Shown: in pieces, positions 1 through 13,345 of the stretch
Numbering within the stretch: position 1 is the stretch's first letter
How the letters are laid out: the number at the start of each line of letters is the position of its first letter
Assembly (NCBI GenBank): GCA_009914755.4
Contig: CP068257.2
Location: forward strand, 9,152,001-9,216,000
Source of the DNA: the human T2T-CHM13v2.0 reference genome, Homo sapiens
Reading direction: 5' to 3'
Length of the DNA stretch: 64,000 nt
Notes under the pieces: model-generated
Told to the model about the DNA's origin: nothing
Database searches by the model: none
What the model saw: the letters and a program-made list of their open reading frames with translations, nothing else
Program-made: the position numbers and the translations under genes

Positions 1-1123
1 TAATATTTTGTATGTATTTTACATATAAATATACATTCATGTGTATGTGTAATTAATATCTTCATATGAAATACTTCTCAATTACAATTGGAAGAATGAT
101 GACTTTGTGGTGGAGAAATCTGGCACAAACTTGATCATGTGCCTCCTGCTGTGATGTCCTAGGAAGACCACAGCATTATTTCTGTGGTTTTCTTGTGAAA
201 GATACATGACCTAAGTCTGGATGTGGAAACACATCAGATGGAAAAAGGTAAACACATCCTTCATAAGTGTGTATGCTCTTTAAAACTCTTAAGTTTATGA
301 AAAATAGGGCAAAACAGAGGAACTGTTTGAAGTTGAAGGAACTTAATAGTCATGACAATTAATGCAATGGGAACTCCTGGATTGGATCCTGGATTACAAA
401 GTTCAAAAAAATGTATTTAGGGCACAGCTGAGAAAATTTGGATCTGTTGATTGGACAGTAGTGTTGGGTGAATGCTGATATCCTGATGTGGATGATTATA
501 TTCTGGTTATGAGAACTTTTCCCAGATTCCTCATCGTTTGCCCAGTGGGTTCATGGACAATGTGGCGATGGTAGCAGGAGAAGATGCTACATGTTTCCAA
601 TAACATGAATTTCCCTGCAGCAGTGCTGCCTACTGCCCAGATGAGTGCCCTGACTGCCGACAATGAGCAATGCTGAGACCCTGGAAAGAGGAACTACCTT
701 GCCTAGACCAGACAGATTTCTGGTAATGTTGTAATAATATTTTTTCCCTTCCTTCATGGAAGTGGTAAAGAATTGCCCTCACTGGAATAGATGCATTTCC
801 GAATACGGACTCCACTTCATATCCTTCTCATAGCATCAAATTATTTACATTTGCTGAGTTCTTATTCTCTGCTATCATACAATTACTACTGAAGATGGAG
901 CTTATTTTACAAAAAAAGAAGTGATGCGATGGGCTTCAACCCATATTTATTGGTCTTGTGACATCCCACATCACCCAGAGGAATATGACCTCACAAGAAT
1001 CAGTTATTTCACCAACTGTGAGACCCTGAGGGGCTGGGTTTCTATCCTACAAGATGTGTTAGATGCCCTGACCAAAGATCCCTCCTACCCAGAATGCATG
1101 GTTCCATGTAGCAAGGATCATTT

Positions 1124-1632
1124 TGATGGTGGTGATGATGATGGTGAGGATGGTGATGGTGAAGGTGGAGGTGGTGATAATGAAGTGATAGTTATGTTGA
1201 GGATGATGAAGGTGATGATGATGGTGAGAATGGCAAAGGTAAACACGGTGATGGTGAGAATGGTGATGGCAGTGATTGTGATGGTGATGATAAGGATGGT
1301 GATGGTGAAGGTGGTGATGATAATAGTGATATTTATGGTGAGGATAATGGTGACGATGAGGATGATGATATTGAGAATGGTGATAGTGATGATCATAGTG
1401 ATGGTAATGATGATAATGATGACGATTATGAGGATGGGGAGGGTGACAATAATTATTATGGTGAGGATGGTGATGGTGAAGGTGGTGATAACGATAGTGA
1501 TAGTTATGGTGAAGATGCTGGTGTTGATGATGGTGAGAATGGCAAGGGTAAGAATGGTGATGGCCATGATGATAGTGTTGGTGATTGTAAGGATGGTGAT
1601 GGCAATCATGGTGATGATGATAATGGTGCTGA
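1124..1632. repeat. GT/GAT-rich minisatellite (imperfect GATGGT / GGTGATGAT units)
   Basis: About 500 bp of degenerate gatggt/ggtgatgat units. It produces the 240-aa M/V/I-rich ORF at 921-1643 and the antisense T/I-rich ORF, both low-complexity artefacts. Confidence 0.85.
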
Positions 1633-2017
1633 CTGGGCTATGAGGTAATGGAGGCAGAAAAGTGGCTGTTTCTAGGAAGTATAGAGCCAGCTGGGAACTG
1701 CAAGGCAACCTTAGTGGGGGTGGAAGATGTCGGGCCCCTGCGTCATTTCTAGACATCTGGGGAAATCTCACCCCTCACAGTAGTTCCAGGAAGCCCTCCA
1801 TCCAGCATTTCCTTCTCGCAATCAGCATGGAGCTTTTGGGGTGCAGAGAAGTGTCTTCTATTCACTGCACTCTGTGGGAAGGGAAAAGGGGGAGTGCTAT
1901 TTATGAACCCAGTATAATACAGTAGGGTCTCATCTAATATATTTTGGGAGAATTTTCAACTGAAAAGAGCAAGCTTCAGAGAAGTCAGGTAACTTTATCT
2001 TCAATAGCATCCAGTTG

Positions 2018-2150
2018 TGATTTATTGAGCAATTACTATGTGCCAGGCAACATGCTGGGTGGTTCCTTATATGTTATCTCATGAAATCCTACAGCAACAC
2101 AAGGAGACAGGCATAACTACCCCATTATAAAAATTGTGGCAAAATGAACT
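2018..2150 (-). mobile_element. MIR SINE fragment
   Basis: The 'tttattgagcaattactatgtgccaggca...' motif matches the reverse complement of the MIR core (ctatgtgccaggcac...). Divergent and ancient. Confidence 0.5.
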
Positions 2151-2640
2151 AAAATTTACTGTCTAACTATGTTTAAATTTACATTTCAGTGGCATTAAAT
2201 ACATTCGCAATGTTGTGCAACCAATTTCCAGAGTGCTTTTCATCTTGTAAAACTACAGTTCTGTAACCCATTTAAAAACAACTCCCCAATCCCCACCCTC
2301 CCCAGGACCTGGTAGCCACCATTCTCCTGTCTGTCTCTATGGATTTGACTACTCTAGGTGTCTTGGAAAAGTGGGATAATACAGCATTTGTCTTTTTGGT
2401 CTGGCTTATTTTGTTCAGCCTAATGTCCTCGGGTTCATTCTTGACGCAGCACGTGTCAGACTCTCCTTCCTTTTCAAGGCTGAACACTATTCCACTGTAT
2501 GCATAGACAGCATTTTGTTGATCCGTCCATCCATCCATTGACACTTGGGTTGCTTCCACCTTTTGGTTATTGTGGATGATGCTGCTCTGAACATGGTTTT
2601 GCATGTATCTCTTCCAGGTTAGCCCCATTATACAGAAGAG
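2150..2640 (-). mobile_element. L1M-family LINE 3' end fragment (antisense)
   Basis: Matches antisense L1M 3'UTR/ORF2 end: 'ttacatttcagtggcattaaatacattc...gttgtgcaacc', 'cctggtagccaccattct...ctatggatttgactactctag', 'ggctgaacactattccactgtat'. Confidence 0.6.
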
Positions 2641-3149
2641 CATAGAGAGATTCTGGGAGGAGGGATGAATGCCTGGGGCCTTTGGTGAGGTCCTGGTGGA
2701 GGATCTCCCAGACCTCAAAGGCAGAGCTCCTCTCCTCACCCCACTGCCTTTCTTAGGACCTGCCTCCTGCTCCACCACACAGTGCCCACTCCCTGGTACT
2801 AGACTTGCTAAGGCCTCTTGATCCCTGAAAGTTCAGGGACAGGAACTAGCAGGCACAACTACAGTCACTCACTTCTCTGTCCCTTACTGCAGATTCGGTT
2901 GCAAACAATACATGACAATGACCTGCTTTCCACTCTTTCACCAGATGTGGATGAGGCGCCTACTGCATGCCAGGCATGTGTGGGCACTGGATGGAGACCC
3001 CTGGGAAATGAGAAGATGTGAGCTCCTCAAGGCCAGGGGCATCCCTTTCACTTGCTGCTACCCTGTGAGGGATGGAGGGGAACCCTGAAGCATTGGAGAA
3101 GTGCATGAGTGACCTAGCTCAGATGATGATATCATAGTAACCCTGTTTA

Positions 3150-3350
3150 TTATCACCTACCATGTGCCAGGCATTGTGCGAAGTACTTTGCACACATTAC
3201 CGGCTGTAAAGCTCAGAGACAACTGTAGGAGTGAATCTTTTATACCTCCCACTTTACAGTGGAGGAAACTGATGCTCAGAGAGGTGAACCAGTCTTCCCC
3301 AGGCCTTGCAGCTAGTCTCTGGGATGTGGATCCAGGCGGTCTGACTCAGA
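3150..3350 (-). mobile_element. MIR SINE
   Basis: 'cctaccatgtgccaggcattgtg...cccactttacagtggaggaaactgatgctcagagaggtgaa...cttgcagctag' matches the reverse-complement MIR consensus. Confidence 0.55.
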
Positions 3351-5726
3351 GATCCCCTCATCCTTTTAGTTTTTGCCCCTGCAGCCCTCTGGCCTGTCCC
3401 CAGGGCCCTGTACCGTTGGCCACCCCCAAGATGACCTGGACATGGGCTTCAGCAAAGGCAGCAACCCCAGCATATCTCCATTTGATAGGGAGGAACCTCA
3501 GGCCCACCACAGGAGCCCTGGGTGGGCTGCAGGTGGTGTAGGTGCTGGCTGAACCACAATGCACCCATGTTGGAGGATGCACCCTAGGATGGGCAGCAGC
3601 AGGAGGTCTCCCGGCCCAACAACTGGTAGTGGTACCTGAGAACAAAGGAGGAGAAGGATGCTTCGGATACAGGTGTGGAGAAGCCCAAGGAGGAAAAAGA
3701 AGATTTGGACTATGGGCTGCTGGATGGCCTCAAGGACCCCATCCCAGAAAAGGAACTTTGAGACTTATACCAAGGGCTGAGATGAAAGTGCTCCCTCTTT
3801 TCTATCCTGGAACTGCTGCAAACTTCAGTGTGACATCACAGCGCCTTGTTTCCCTATTTGTAAAATGGGATTTTATGGGGGTTCCAATGAGACACTGGAC
3901 CGAGAGCATTTTGAGAATTGTAAAAAATGTACAGTGAGTGAGGGAATAATTATTATCAATGGACCATTGCTCTTCCAATAGTTAGTATTCTTTAGCAAAT
4001 ATTTAAAGGTAAAATATGATTTGTTGAGGAGGTTTGCAGCAGCTGAGGCCCTCAAGAGTCTTTTCTGTCTCCGTTGAAAGCTGGCCTCTGACAGGGACCT
4101 TCTTGGTGCTACCCCTGGGCCCCTCATCCTTTGTGCAGGCTTCTCAGGGTTCTTATTTATATTGCATCTTGTGGTTCCCTAGTGGATGGCATGCTGCATC
4201 TTCACTCAGAGCTAACTGCATCTCCTCCAGGCCCATGTCCCTTGTGCAGCACCCACTGGTCCCTCACCAGGATTCAAAACCTTCTGTGACTGACCTCTGC
4301 TGACCTCCCAACTTTATCCCCCCTCATTCTTTCTGCTCCTCCAGTTCCATGCCTGTGCCCCTCAATCCTGTGGCTCACACTCTCACCCAAGCTGTTCTCC
4401 ATCAGGATTTCCTTGGCTCCCTTTTCTGGTAGGCAAATTTATTTTCATCCTTCCAAGCCCTGCACAGATGTCCTCTGTGCAGAAAGCTCTCCCTGAGGTC
4501 ACACAGTCCAGGAACAAGGTAGTTCTTGCTCCTGTGCTCTCTCTGGGTTTTGTGCCTTTATCACTTTGGTGTAACTGCCTGCCTCCTGCTGAAGGGAGGC
4601 ATTTTGGCTTTACTCACCTCAGTATCTCCTGGGTCCAGCTGGGTGTCTGGCCTGGCCCAGAATTGGCGCTCATCAAGGGTGTATAGAACTCACAAGGACC
4701 CAGGAATGTTTTGCAAATAATACCACCCTCCCACACTTCTCCAATGTTTACTTTCTAAGATCCTTTACTCTTTGACATTCAAATTTCTAAATGGCCTGTA
4801 TGTGTTTACAAAGCCTGGGAAAATGCCTTCAGAGGACAAACAAACCCCACCAGCAGAATGTATTTGCATTGACTAGGATTATGGATGAAATTCAGCTTTC
4901 CGGCAAATGAATCATTTGGCATTGGCTAAGTATCTGCTCTGTGCCAGATACTCAGCTGTGATCTCTAGAAAGAGACATGAACTACTGACACAGTACTTGA
5001 CCCCGAAGAGCTCAGAATCCAGTGAGCTTGATTTCTTGTAAGTTAGAGACAGAGTTCAGAGCAGAAGCTCAGGCAGGAGAAAAGTAAAATGGACACACTA
5101 GAGGCAGTGACAGCCACACAGCTGTCTGGGGACACTGAGTGCAGCAACAAATAGCTTAGGCTGCCTTGGCAGCCCACGAAGGTATCACGGTTTCCTATTG
5201 CAGCATCTCAGTGATGCTTTTGTTATGCTGATCTCTGCAAAGCCCTCCGTGCCCCAGCCCAGGATGGTGACAGCCATGCTGTGGAGAAAAGGGCAGTGAC
5301 TAGGACCACAGGCTCAGAGCTTGTACCCTGGACCACCTGGGAATGGGAGCCCTTCACATGTTCTCTGCCTCTGTGTTCAGGTTGGGGGTCCTGGCCAAGG
5401 AAAGGAGATGACCCCCATGCTGGGTCAAAAGAACACACTCCCGGGAACAGACTCTCTCTTCTTTCTGGGTAATTTCTGCCTCTGCAGTGAATGGTGTAAC
5501 CAGACACATCCTCTCTATTGGTATGACACAAAGACAGGCGTTCCTGCTCGTGGGCTGAATCCTCAGGTGAGGGGAGGTGTAGTACATTCCTGTGCTCTGC
5601 TGACTAAGGCAGGGACACATGTCACCCCATCAGAATGAGTGCCAGACAAATGGCTACAATAAAATCATTTCCAATAATCAAAGGAGTCACCTTCATTCAT
5701 CTACAAATACTTTTCCTTTTCTTTTT

Positions 5727-6005
5727 CTTTTTTTTTTTTTTTTTTGAGATGGAGTCTTGCTCTGTCACCTAGGCTGGAGTGCAGTGGCATGATCTTGGCT
5801 CACCACAACCTCCGCCTCCTGGGTTCAAGCGATTCTCCTACCTCAGCCTCCTGAGTAGCTGAGACTACAGGAGCCCACCACCACATCTGGCTAATTTTTG
5901 TATTTTTCATAGCCAGGCTGGTCTTGAGTTCCTGACCTTGTGATCCACCCGCCTTGGCCTCCTAAAGTGCTGGGATTACAGGTGTGAGCCACCACACCTG
6001 GCCCA
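5727..6005 (-). mobile_element. Alu SINE with an internal deletion, preceded by a poly-T tail
   Basis: Poly-T followed by 'gagatggagtcttgctctgtcacctaggctggagtgcagtgg...cctcagcctcctgagtagctg...gctgggattacaggtgtgagccaccacacctggccc'. The central 'agtagagacggggtttcacc' segment is shortened. Confidence 0.9.
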
Positions 6006-6781
6006 AGTTTTTTTCTATAAAACCACCTATTGCACTCAGGGTAGGGTAAATGATGCATCATGCCTGCTGGCAACTTGGGCCCTATCTGGAAAGTGAGTGC
6101 CCACCACCATGGCACAGTGCTGTGCAGTGCCTGTGTGGTGCTGAATCTCAGGAGCAGCCCCTATCCTGTGAACCACAACTACAGGGAACTTAGACGTAAG
6201 CAAAGACCTCTGGTGGCCAAGCCTGCCAGAAAGCAGATGCTAACCCTGTCCTGGGGATCTGCAGGGAGGTCGGGCCAGTGGAGAGGTGGCGAGACCAATG
6301 TGTGGTCTCCCCAACTCCCGCCCATGCTATGCAATGGGGGCGACCACACACCCGATCTGCCTGGGAGGGTCCTGGTGTGCCCACTGCCTCGCTGAGTTAT
6401 GAGGGGTGCTGCCTCTCACATCTCACCGGTATCGCATTTGAAGGACAAATTATGTCTTCCCTTCCCCACCCTGTGGACCTCCGTTTCCTCATGTGCAAGT
6501 GGGGGATGATATGTTTACATGGTTATGCAGTGGTGGTATCGATGGGATCCATCTGTCAATACCCTGCATCCAGCGACCACCTGGAGCACACCTGCAGTTC
6601 GCAAGCTGGGCTTCCTGCTGCAGTGAGGGGAGCAAGCACTGCCTGGAGCCAGGGAGCCTCTCTGAAGGAGGTGTTGGAAAGGACTTGTTCCTGAATTTGG
6701 GCTTGTATTGGGAGCTTGGGGGAGGGTTGAAAGAAGCCTTTGCTCTAGATTGCTTGCTGACTGTATCATGGTGTGGCTTCA

Positions 6782-6904
<123 letters not shown>

Positions 6905-7127
6905 CTAGAAAAGAGGCCGCTCAGGATGGGGATGAGATTTCAGTTGCTCCGGGAGCAACGCATCTCCTCACGTGGGCCAGGCTTTCACACACCCAAAGCG
7001 GATCTGCCGCGGCGAAAACGATTGACAGCCAGCCTCATGACCCAGGCAGAGATGGAGAAAGAGGCTCACCAAAGACAGGCCGCCATGCGACAAACCGCTT
7101 TGTGGCGCACAGGGCACATTTGGCCAA

Positions 7128-7270
7128 AGACACACACGCACACGGGCATACACACACAAACCCACAGAGAGAGGGAAAGAAACACACAGAGACTGAGAGA
7201 CAGAGAGAGGAGAGAATGGGAGAGACACACACACACACACACACTCACACAGAGACACACACACAGAGTC
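7128..7270. repeat. Compound (CA)n/(GA)n microsatellite
   Basis: acacacgcacac...agagagagg...gacacacacacacacacactcacacagagacacacacacagag. This drives the HTHTHT/RERE low-complexity part of the 394-aa ORF at 6493-7677. Confidence 0.85.
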
Positions 7271-7319
7271 ATACAGCAGAGGCATTGAAACACACACCAC
7301 CGGCAACCCCTGAGGCTGC

Positions 7320-7758
<439 letters not shown>

Positions 7759-7948
7759 CTTTATTTTTTTTTTTATTTTTTATTTTTTTTTTCATCTTTG
7801 CCCTACTGTTTTTATTTTATAAAGTTCTCAAATCAAAATACAAAATGAAACCAGAAAACCCTACAAAGTAAAAATGACAAAATGTGAACATCTGTTTATT
7901 CTGGTTGATGGGTTATTACATTATTCTGCTTTTCTATATTTTCTAGAC

Positions 7949-9420
7949 TTTTTATTTTACTTTTTTTTTTATTGATCATTCTTGGGTGTTTCTCGCAGAG
8001 GGGGATTTGGCAGGGTCATAGGACAATAGTGGAGGGAAGGTCAGCAGATAAACAAGTGAACAAAGGTCTCTGGTTTTCCTAGGCAGAGGACCCTGCGGCC
8101 TTCCGCAGTGTTTGTGTCCTTGGGTACTTGAGATTAGGGAGTGGTGATGACTCTTAACGAGCATGTTGCCTTCAAGCATCTGTTTAACAAAGCACATCTT
8201 GCACCGCCCTTGACCCATTTAACCCTGAGTGGACACAGCACATGTTTCAGAGAGCACAGGGTTGGGGGTAAGGTCATAGATCAACAGGATCCCAAGGCAG
8301 AAGAATTTTTCTTAGTACAGAACAAAATGAAAAGTCTCCCATGTCTACTTCTTTCTACACAGACACAGCAGCCATCCGATTTCTCAATCTTTTCCCTACC
8401 TTTCCCCCTTTTCTATTCCACAAAACCGCGATTGTCATCATGGCCCGTTCTCAATGAGCTGTTGGGTAACCTCCCAGACGGGGTTGTGGCCGGACAGAGG
8501 GGCTCCTCACTTCCCAGTAGGGGCGGCTGGGCAGAGTCGCCCCTCACCTCCCGGATGGGGTGGCTGGCCGGGCAGGGGCTGACCCCTCACCTCCCTCCCG
8601 GACAGGGCAGCTGGCCGGGCGGGTCTGATCCCCCACCTCCCTCCCGGACGGGGCGGCTGCCGGGCGGAGAAGCTCCTCACTTCCCAGACAGGGTGGCTGC
8701 CGGGCAGAGGCGCTCCTCACATCCCAGACGGGGCGGTGGAGCAGAGGCACTCCCCACATCTCAGATGATGGGCGGCCGGGCAGAGACACTCCTCACTTCC
8801 TAGATGGGATGGCGGCCGGGAAGAGGCGCTCCTCACTTCCTAGACGGGATGGCGCCGGGCAGAGACGCTCCTCACTTTCCAGACTGGGCAGCCAGGCAGA
8901 GGGGCTCCTCACATCCCAGATGATGGGCAGCCAGGCAGAGACACTCCTCACTTCCCAGACGGGGTGGCGGCCGGGCAGAGGCTGCAATCTCGGCACTTTG
9001 GGAGGCCAAGGCAGGTGGCTGGGAGGTGGTTGTAGCGAGCCGAGATCACGCCACTGCACTCCAGCCTGGGCACCATTGAGCACTGAGTGAACGAGACTCC
9101 GTCTGCAATCCTGCCACCTCGGGAGGCCGAGGCTGGCGGATCACTCGTGGCTAGGAGCTGGAGACCAGCCCGGCCAACACAGCGAAACCCCGTCTCCAGC
9201 AAAAAAATATGAAAACCAGTCAGGCGTGGCAGCGCGCGCCTGCAATCGCAGGCACTTGGCAGGCTGAGGCAGGAGAATCAGGCAGGGAGGTTGCAGTGAG
9301 CCGAGATGGCAGCAGTACAGTCCAGCTTCGGCTCGCCATCAGAGGGAGACCGTGGAAAGAGAGGGAGAGGGAGACCGTGGGGAAAGAGGGAGAGGGAGAG
9401 GGAGAGGGAGAGGGAGAGGG
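7949..9420 (-). mobile_element. SVA composite retrotransposon, full structure: poly(A), SINE-R, VNTR, Alu-like region, (CCCTCT)n hexamers
   Basis: In + coordinates: poly-T with 'tttattgatcattcttgggtgtttctcgcagaggg' (reverse complement of the SINE-R end AATAAA/polyA) at 7949-7980. SINE-R (HERV-K-derived) to about 8440. GC-rich VNTR 'ctcctcacttcccagacggggtggc(g/t)gccgggcagagg' repeats about 8440-8990. Antisense Alu-like region 8990-9335. (AGAGGG)n, the reverse complement of CCCTCT, at 9335-9420. Confidence 0.9.
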
Positions 9421-10751
9421 CAGGTGTTTTTCATTCATTCCTCTGAAGCACATGGTGTTTTCATTTCTAATTTGTGGAAGAATTTAGTGCAAAACTTGGA
9501 GCACAATTATTAGGGCCAATGACAACCCACATATGTGGAATTTTGAGGACTTTTGCAGATTTTATGGATTTGGTGCAGTTCTACAGCAAACTATAAAATT
9601 ATTATTGCAGACTAAAAGATTGTAAAAGTTAAAACACAAACTATCTGAATTACAGCGCCCAGCAAAACGTTCAAGAAACAGTTAAGTCATCACGCACATC
9701 CCTATCATTTGGTATTCTAATGCTTCATTTAGCTAAATATTTTTTATCAGCTTTTTGTCTTAATAATTTCTGGAAATAGGATGATAATTTTGTTTTCACA
9801 GTTGGTGATTGTATATGGACAGAAGGTATGAAAGAGGATGAGATTTCTAACTTTCAGATAAAAAGTTTGGCATATTCTATTAGTTCCACCTCATTAATTT
9901 TATTACTTATTTTTTTCAGTTCTTATTTTGTTTCATTTTTGAATATGGTATCTGCTGTATGTTGATAATGGTGAGTTAAAAATTTATCAGCTGCAGCCAT
10001 ACATCTGTCTGTTTTTTGTTTTATATATATACACTTTGGGGCTTTTTTATTTGGTATATTAAAGTTTATTCATGTCATATCTTTATTATTAGCTTACCAA
10101 TTTAACATAATACAATGCTCTTTTAACTCAATAAGAGACTTGAAATACTACATAGCCTGCAATTATATTACCAAATCTGCTTTTCTTTTGTATATATTTA
10201 ATTAGTTACAATGTACCCAATCCTTAATTTATGCCCCTCTAATCCAGCTTTCGGTTGTTTCTAGGCAGCAACATCTTGTAACATTGTGTTGTTGGATTTT
10301 GTTTTAATTCAACTTAAGACACGGTAAACATAGATAGTGGAATTTAAGCCCTTAACACCCAATACCAATTTATTTTGAACTGTTTAAACTCACGATCCTC
10401 TACTTCTTTTCCTTGCTTATGGCTTTGTAGAGGCCGGCGTGCAGCACTAAGAGGGTAAGGAACGCAGTGGGAAATCTCTGAGCCCCATTTAGGGTTGTCG
10501 CAAATAGAAAGAGGCCAGGTCCTCTTGCTTACTTTGTTGGTGGGGTTCCCTCGCACACTCATGCCTTCTTGAATGCTCATATTCATGCACTTTCACACTC
10601 ACTTCCCCACGTTCACGCCTCACACAGTAGTGTATATAACATTTTCTGGTTTTACAGTGTTTAAAACTTAGCCTTTAGGGGTGACTGATGCTTTTCTGGG
10701 TAAAATGCTGAGCACTGTGAAGGGACTGCATGAGATCAAAAGATCCCCCAT

Positions 10752-11392
10752 CCTGGGAGAAGTTCTGGCTGATTTGGGAGCTGATCCCTGGAGAAGTTCT
10801 GGTTGATTTGGGAGCTGATCCTTGGAGAAGTTCTGGTTGATTTGGGAGCTGATCCTGGGAGAAGTTCTGGCTGATTTGGGGGCTGATCCTTGGAGAAGTT
10901 CTGGTTGATTTGGGGGCTGAACCTTGGAGAAGTTCTGGTAGATTTGGGAGCTGAACCTTGGAGAAGTTCTGGTTGATTTGGGAGCTGAACCTTGGAGAAG
11001 TTTTGGTTGATTTGGGAGCTGATCCTTGGAGAAGTTTTGGTTGATTTGGGGGCTGATCCTTGGAGAAGTTCTGGTTGATTTGGGAGCTGATCCTTGGAGA
11101 AGTTCTGGTTGATTTGGGAGCTGATCCTTGGAGAAGTTCTGGTTGACTTGGGGGCTGAACCTTTGAGAAGTTCTGGTTGATTTGGGAGCTGATCCTTGGA
11201 GAAGTTCTGGTTGACTTGGGGGCTGAACCTTTGAGAAGTTCTGGTTGATTTGGGAGCTGATCCTTGGAGAAGTTTTGGTTGATTTGGGAGCTGATCCTTG
11301 GAGAAGTTCCGGCTGATTTGGGAGCTGATCCTTGGAGAAATTCTGGCTGATTTGGGAGCTGAACCTTGGAGAAGTTCTGACTGATCCTTGGT
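10752..11392. repeat. 34-bp-unit VNTR, about 19 copies (ggagaagttctggttgatttgggagctgatcctt)
   Basis: Head-to-tail copies with a few variants (gatcc/gaacc, ggttg/ggctg). The period is 34 bp, giving a 34-aa periodicity in the 245-aa and 221-aa minus-strand ORFs, which are artefacts. Confidence 0.9.
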
Positions 11393-12985
11393 GAGCATCA
11401 TGCACTCCTGGGTTTTATCCTCTGCGCATTAGAGAGGTCAGGCCATGAATGGTCCTATATCAAGATGAGCACTGAACTTGATTATTTTCTTCCTGACTTT
11501 CATAACCAACAATCAGTGCATTATCATTATCTTCTACTCCATGGATTTAAACATCTTGTTTCTGTATAACAAACCAAACTGTGTACTTTTCACACTACAT
11601 GTGATTTAAAAATAATGTTCCTAAGTTTTCAGGGGGTGTCTGTTCATCCTCCTGCTGTTCGTAATTATGCCAACAGTAGTAGCTACCACTGATTGCATTT
11701 CTTTACTGTTCTGACCCTCACTATGTACCCACAGCACCTTACCCCAGCCCCTGCCTAAGGCACGGGTGTTATTTCTAGTTGATAGATGCGGAACCCGAGG
11801 CTCCTGTAGCGAATGAACATCAGAGCACATATTTAACCCAGCTTTTGGCTCTAGAAGTCCTCGTTCTTTGTTGTTCAAGGAAGGTGCCATCTGGGACACT
11901 GTCTTTCATGCACCAGGTTGGAGAATGGCATGAGTTAGGGAATCAGCCTTTTTGGGAAGGCAGAAGCTTGCAGAACCCAGGAGGAGAAAAGCCCAGTGTC
12001 CCTCATCCTCTCATCTTTGCCATAGAGAAAACATGAGGACCAAGATGTTTTTCTGACCAGTAGCATGGACTTGCATTCCACTGGGGCCACTCTGACTTTT
12101 ACAAAGGGCAAGCCTGAAAGCAAACTTGTCGATGTTGAATGAGATTTCCTCAGTACCAAGCAGTCTGCATGTGGTGTAGCTGTTTATGAATTGCCTGGGA
12201 ACAGGAACTGCCCAGAACCTGGGTATCCTGGGACTTGTGGGGAAAAGGGGCTATGAGGATATCAGTGCTACAGGTCGCTTAGTGTCACATGGTCCCTATT
12301 TCCAGGGACCCAGTGTTGAGGATTCTCAGTGAGCATGTGTTTCAGGCAAGTCAGAGCGAGCGTCTGGAGCCACTTTGCGACAATCCACTTATTGCTCCTT
12401 CTACAATCCAGCACTGTTCTCATATTGTTTGGTAAATTTTGTTTTTTAATATCTCAGCTGGAGAATGTGTGTTTTGTGGAAGAAATGACCAACTAGTAGA
12501 ATGCCTTCCATTTGTAATAAAATCCTTGCTGAGTTTGAGTTAATAGGCCTCCAAGGAAGAGCAAGTTAAAATAGAACTGGACAGAGTGCTAAATAAAATA
12601 CTGTCCAGCATAATCTACTGCCCTCAAGGGAGAGAGCCAAATGACTCAATACGGGTTTTCCATCTTCAATTTCAATAGCCCGATGTCAGGATCAAGCAGC
12701 AGAACATGCTGACTACCTCAGTATGCTCCCTGCATTCAAAGTTTCTTTTCCCATGGCCTCTTCTGCTCCTGTGATGCCATCCCCAAGATGCTTAAAGTTC
12801 ACAGACATGAAAGTCCTTTTACTAGCATTGCAGATCGAGGGGTAGGTAGTGACGTTCTAAAGGAACGAAACAGAATGTGGACCACAGAGAGATCGGCAAT
12901 TAACACTGCCACCTGTTTTAGTCATTTGTTTGTTTTAATTGGGAGGTTTATATATGGTTATAATCTGTCATTTGTATTAATGTAG

Positions 12986-13345
<360 letters not shown>

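Noticed and set aside
921-1771. 240-aa (+) and 217-aa (-) ORFs
   Set aside because: They lie entirely within the GATGGT minisatellite. They have extreme low-complexity composition (M/V/I/R or T/I only) and are translation artefacts of a tandem repeat.
3630-3760. Short acidic open frame '...[38 protein letters not shown]' preceded by an AG, resembling a protein C-terminal tail or terminal exon
   Set aside because: Only about 43 codons with no in-frame ATG, no polypyrimidine-rich acceptor, no homology I can recognise, and another frame is equally open. Most likely chance; it would need RNA-seq or conservation evidence.
4890-5010. Possible MIR/MIR3 fragment ('tgctctgtgccagatactcagctgtgatctctagaaagagacatgaactactgacacagtacttgaccc')
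   Set aside because: Similarity to the 'ctatgtgccaggcactgtgctaag' core is weak and short, which is insufficient for a call.
8141-9090. 220-aa (+) and several 80-96-aa ORFs with repetitive 'LLTSQ/GGRAE' motifs
   Set aside because: They lie inside the SVA VNTR/Alu-like region. GC-rich tandem repeats keep frames open, and SVA encodes no protein.
10668-11405. 245-aa and 221-aa minus-strand ORFs, and a possible CRISPR-like direct-repeat array
   Set aside because: They are produced by the 34-bp VNTR (34-aa periodicity). Units are contiguous with no unique spacers, the genome is eukaryotic, and no cas genes are possible here.
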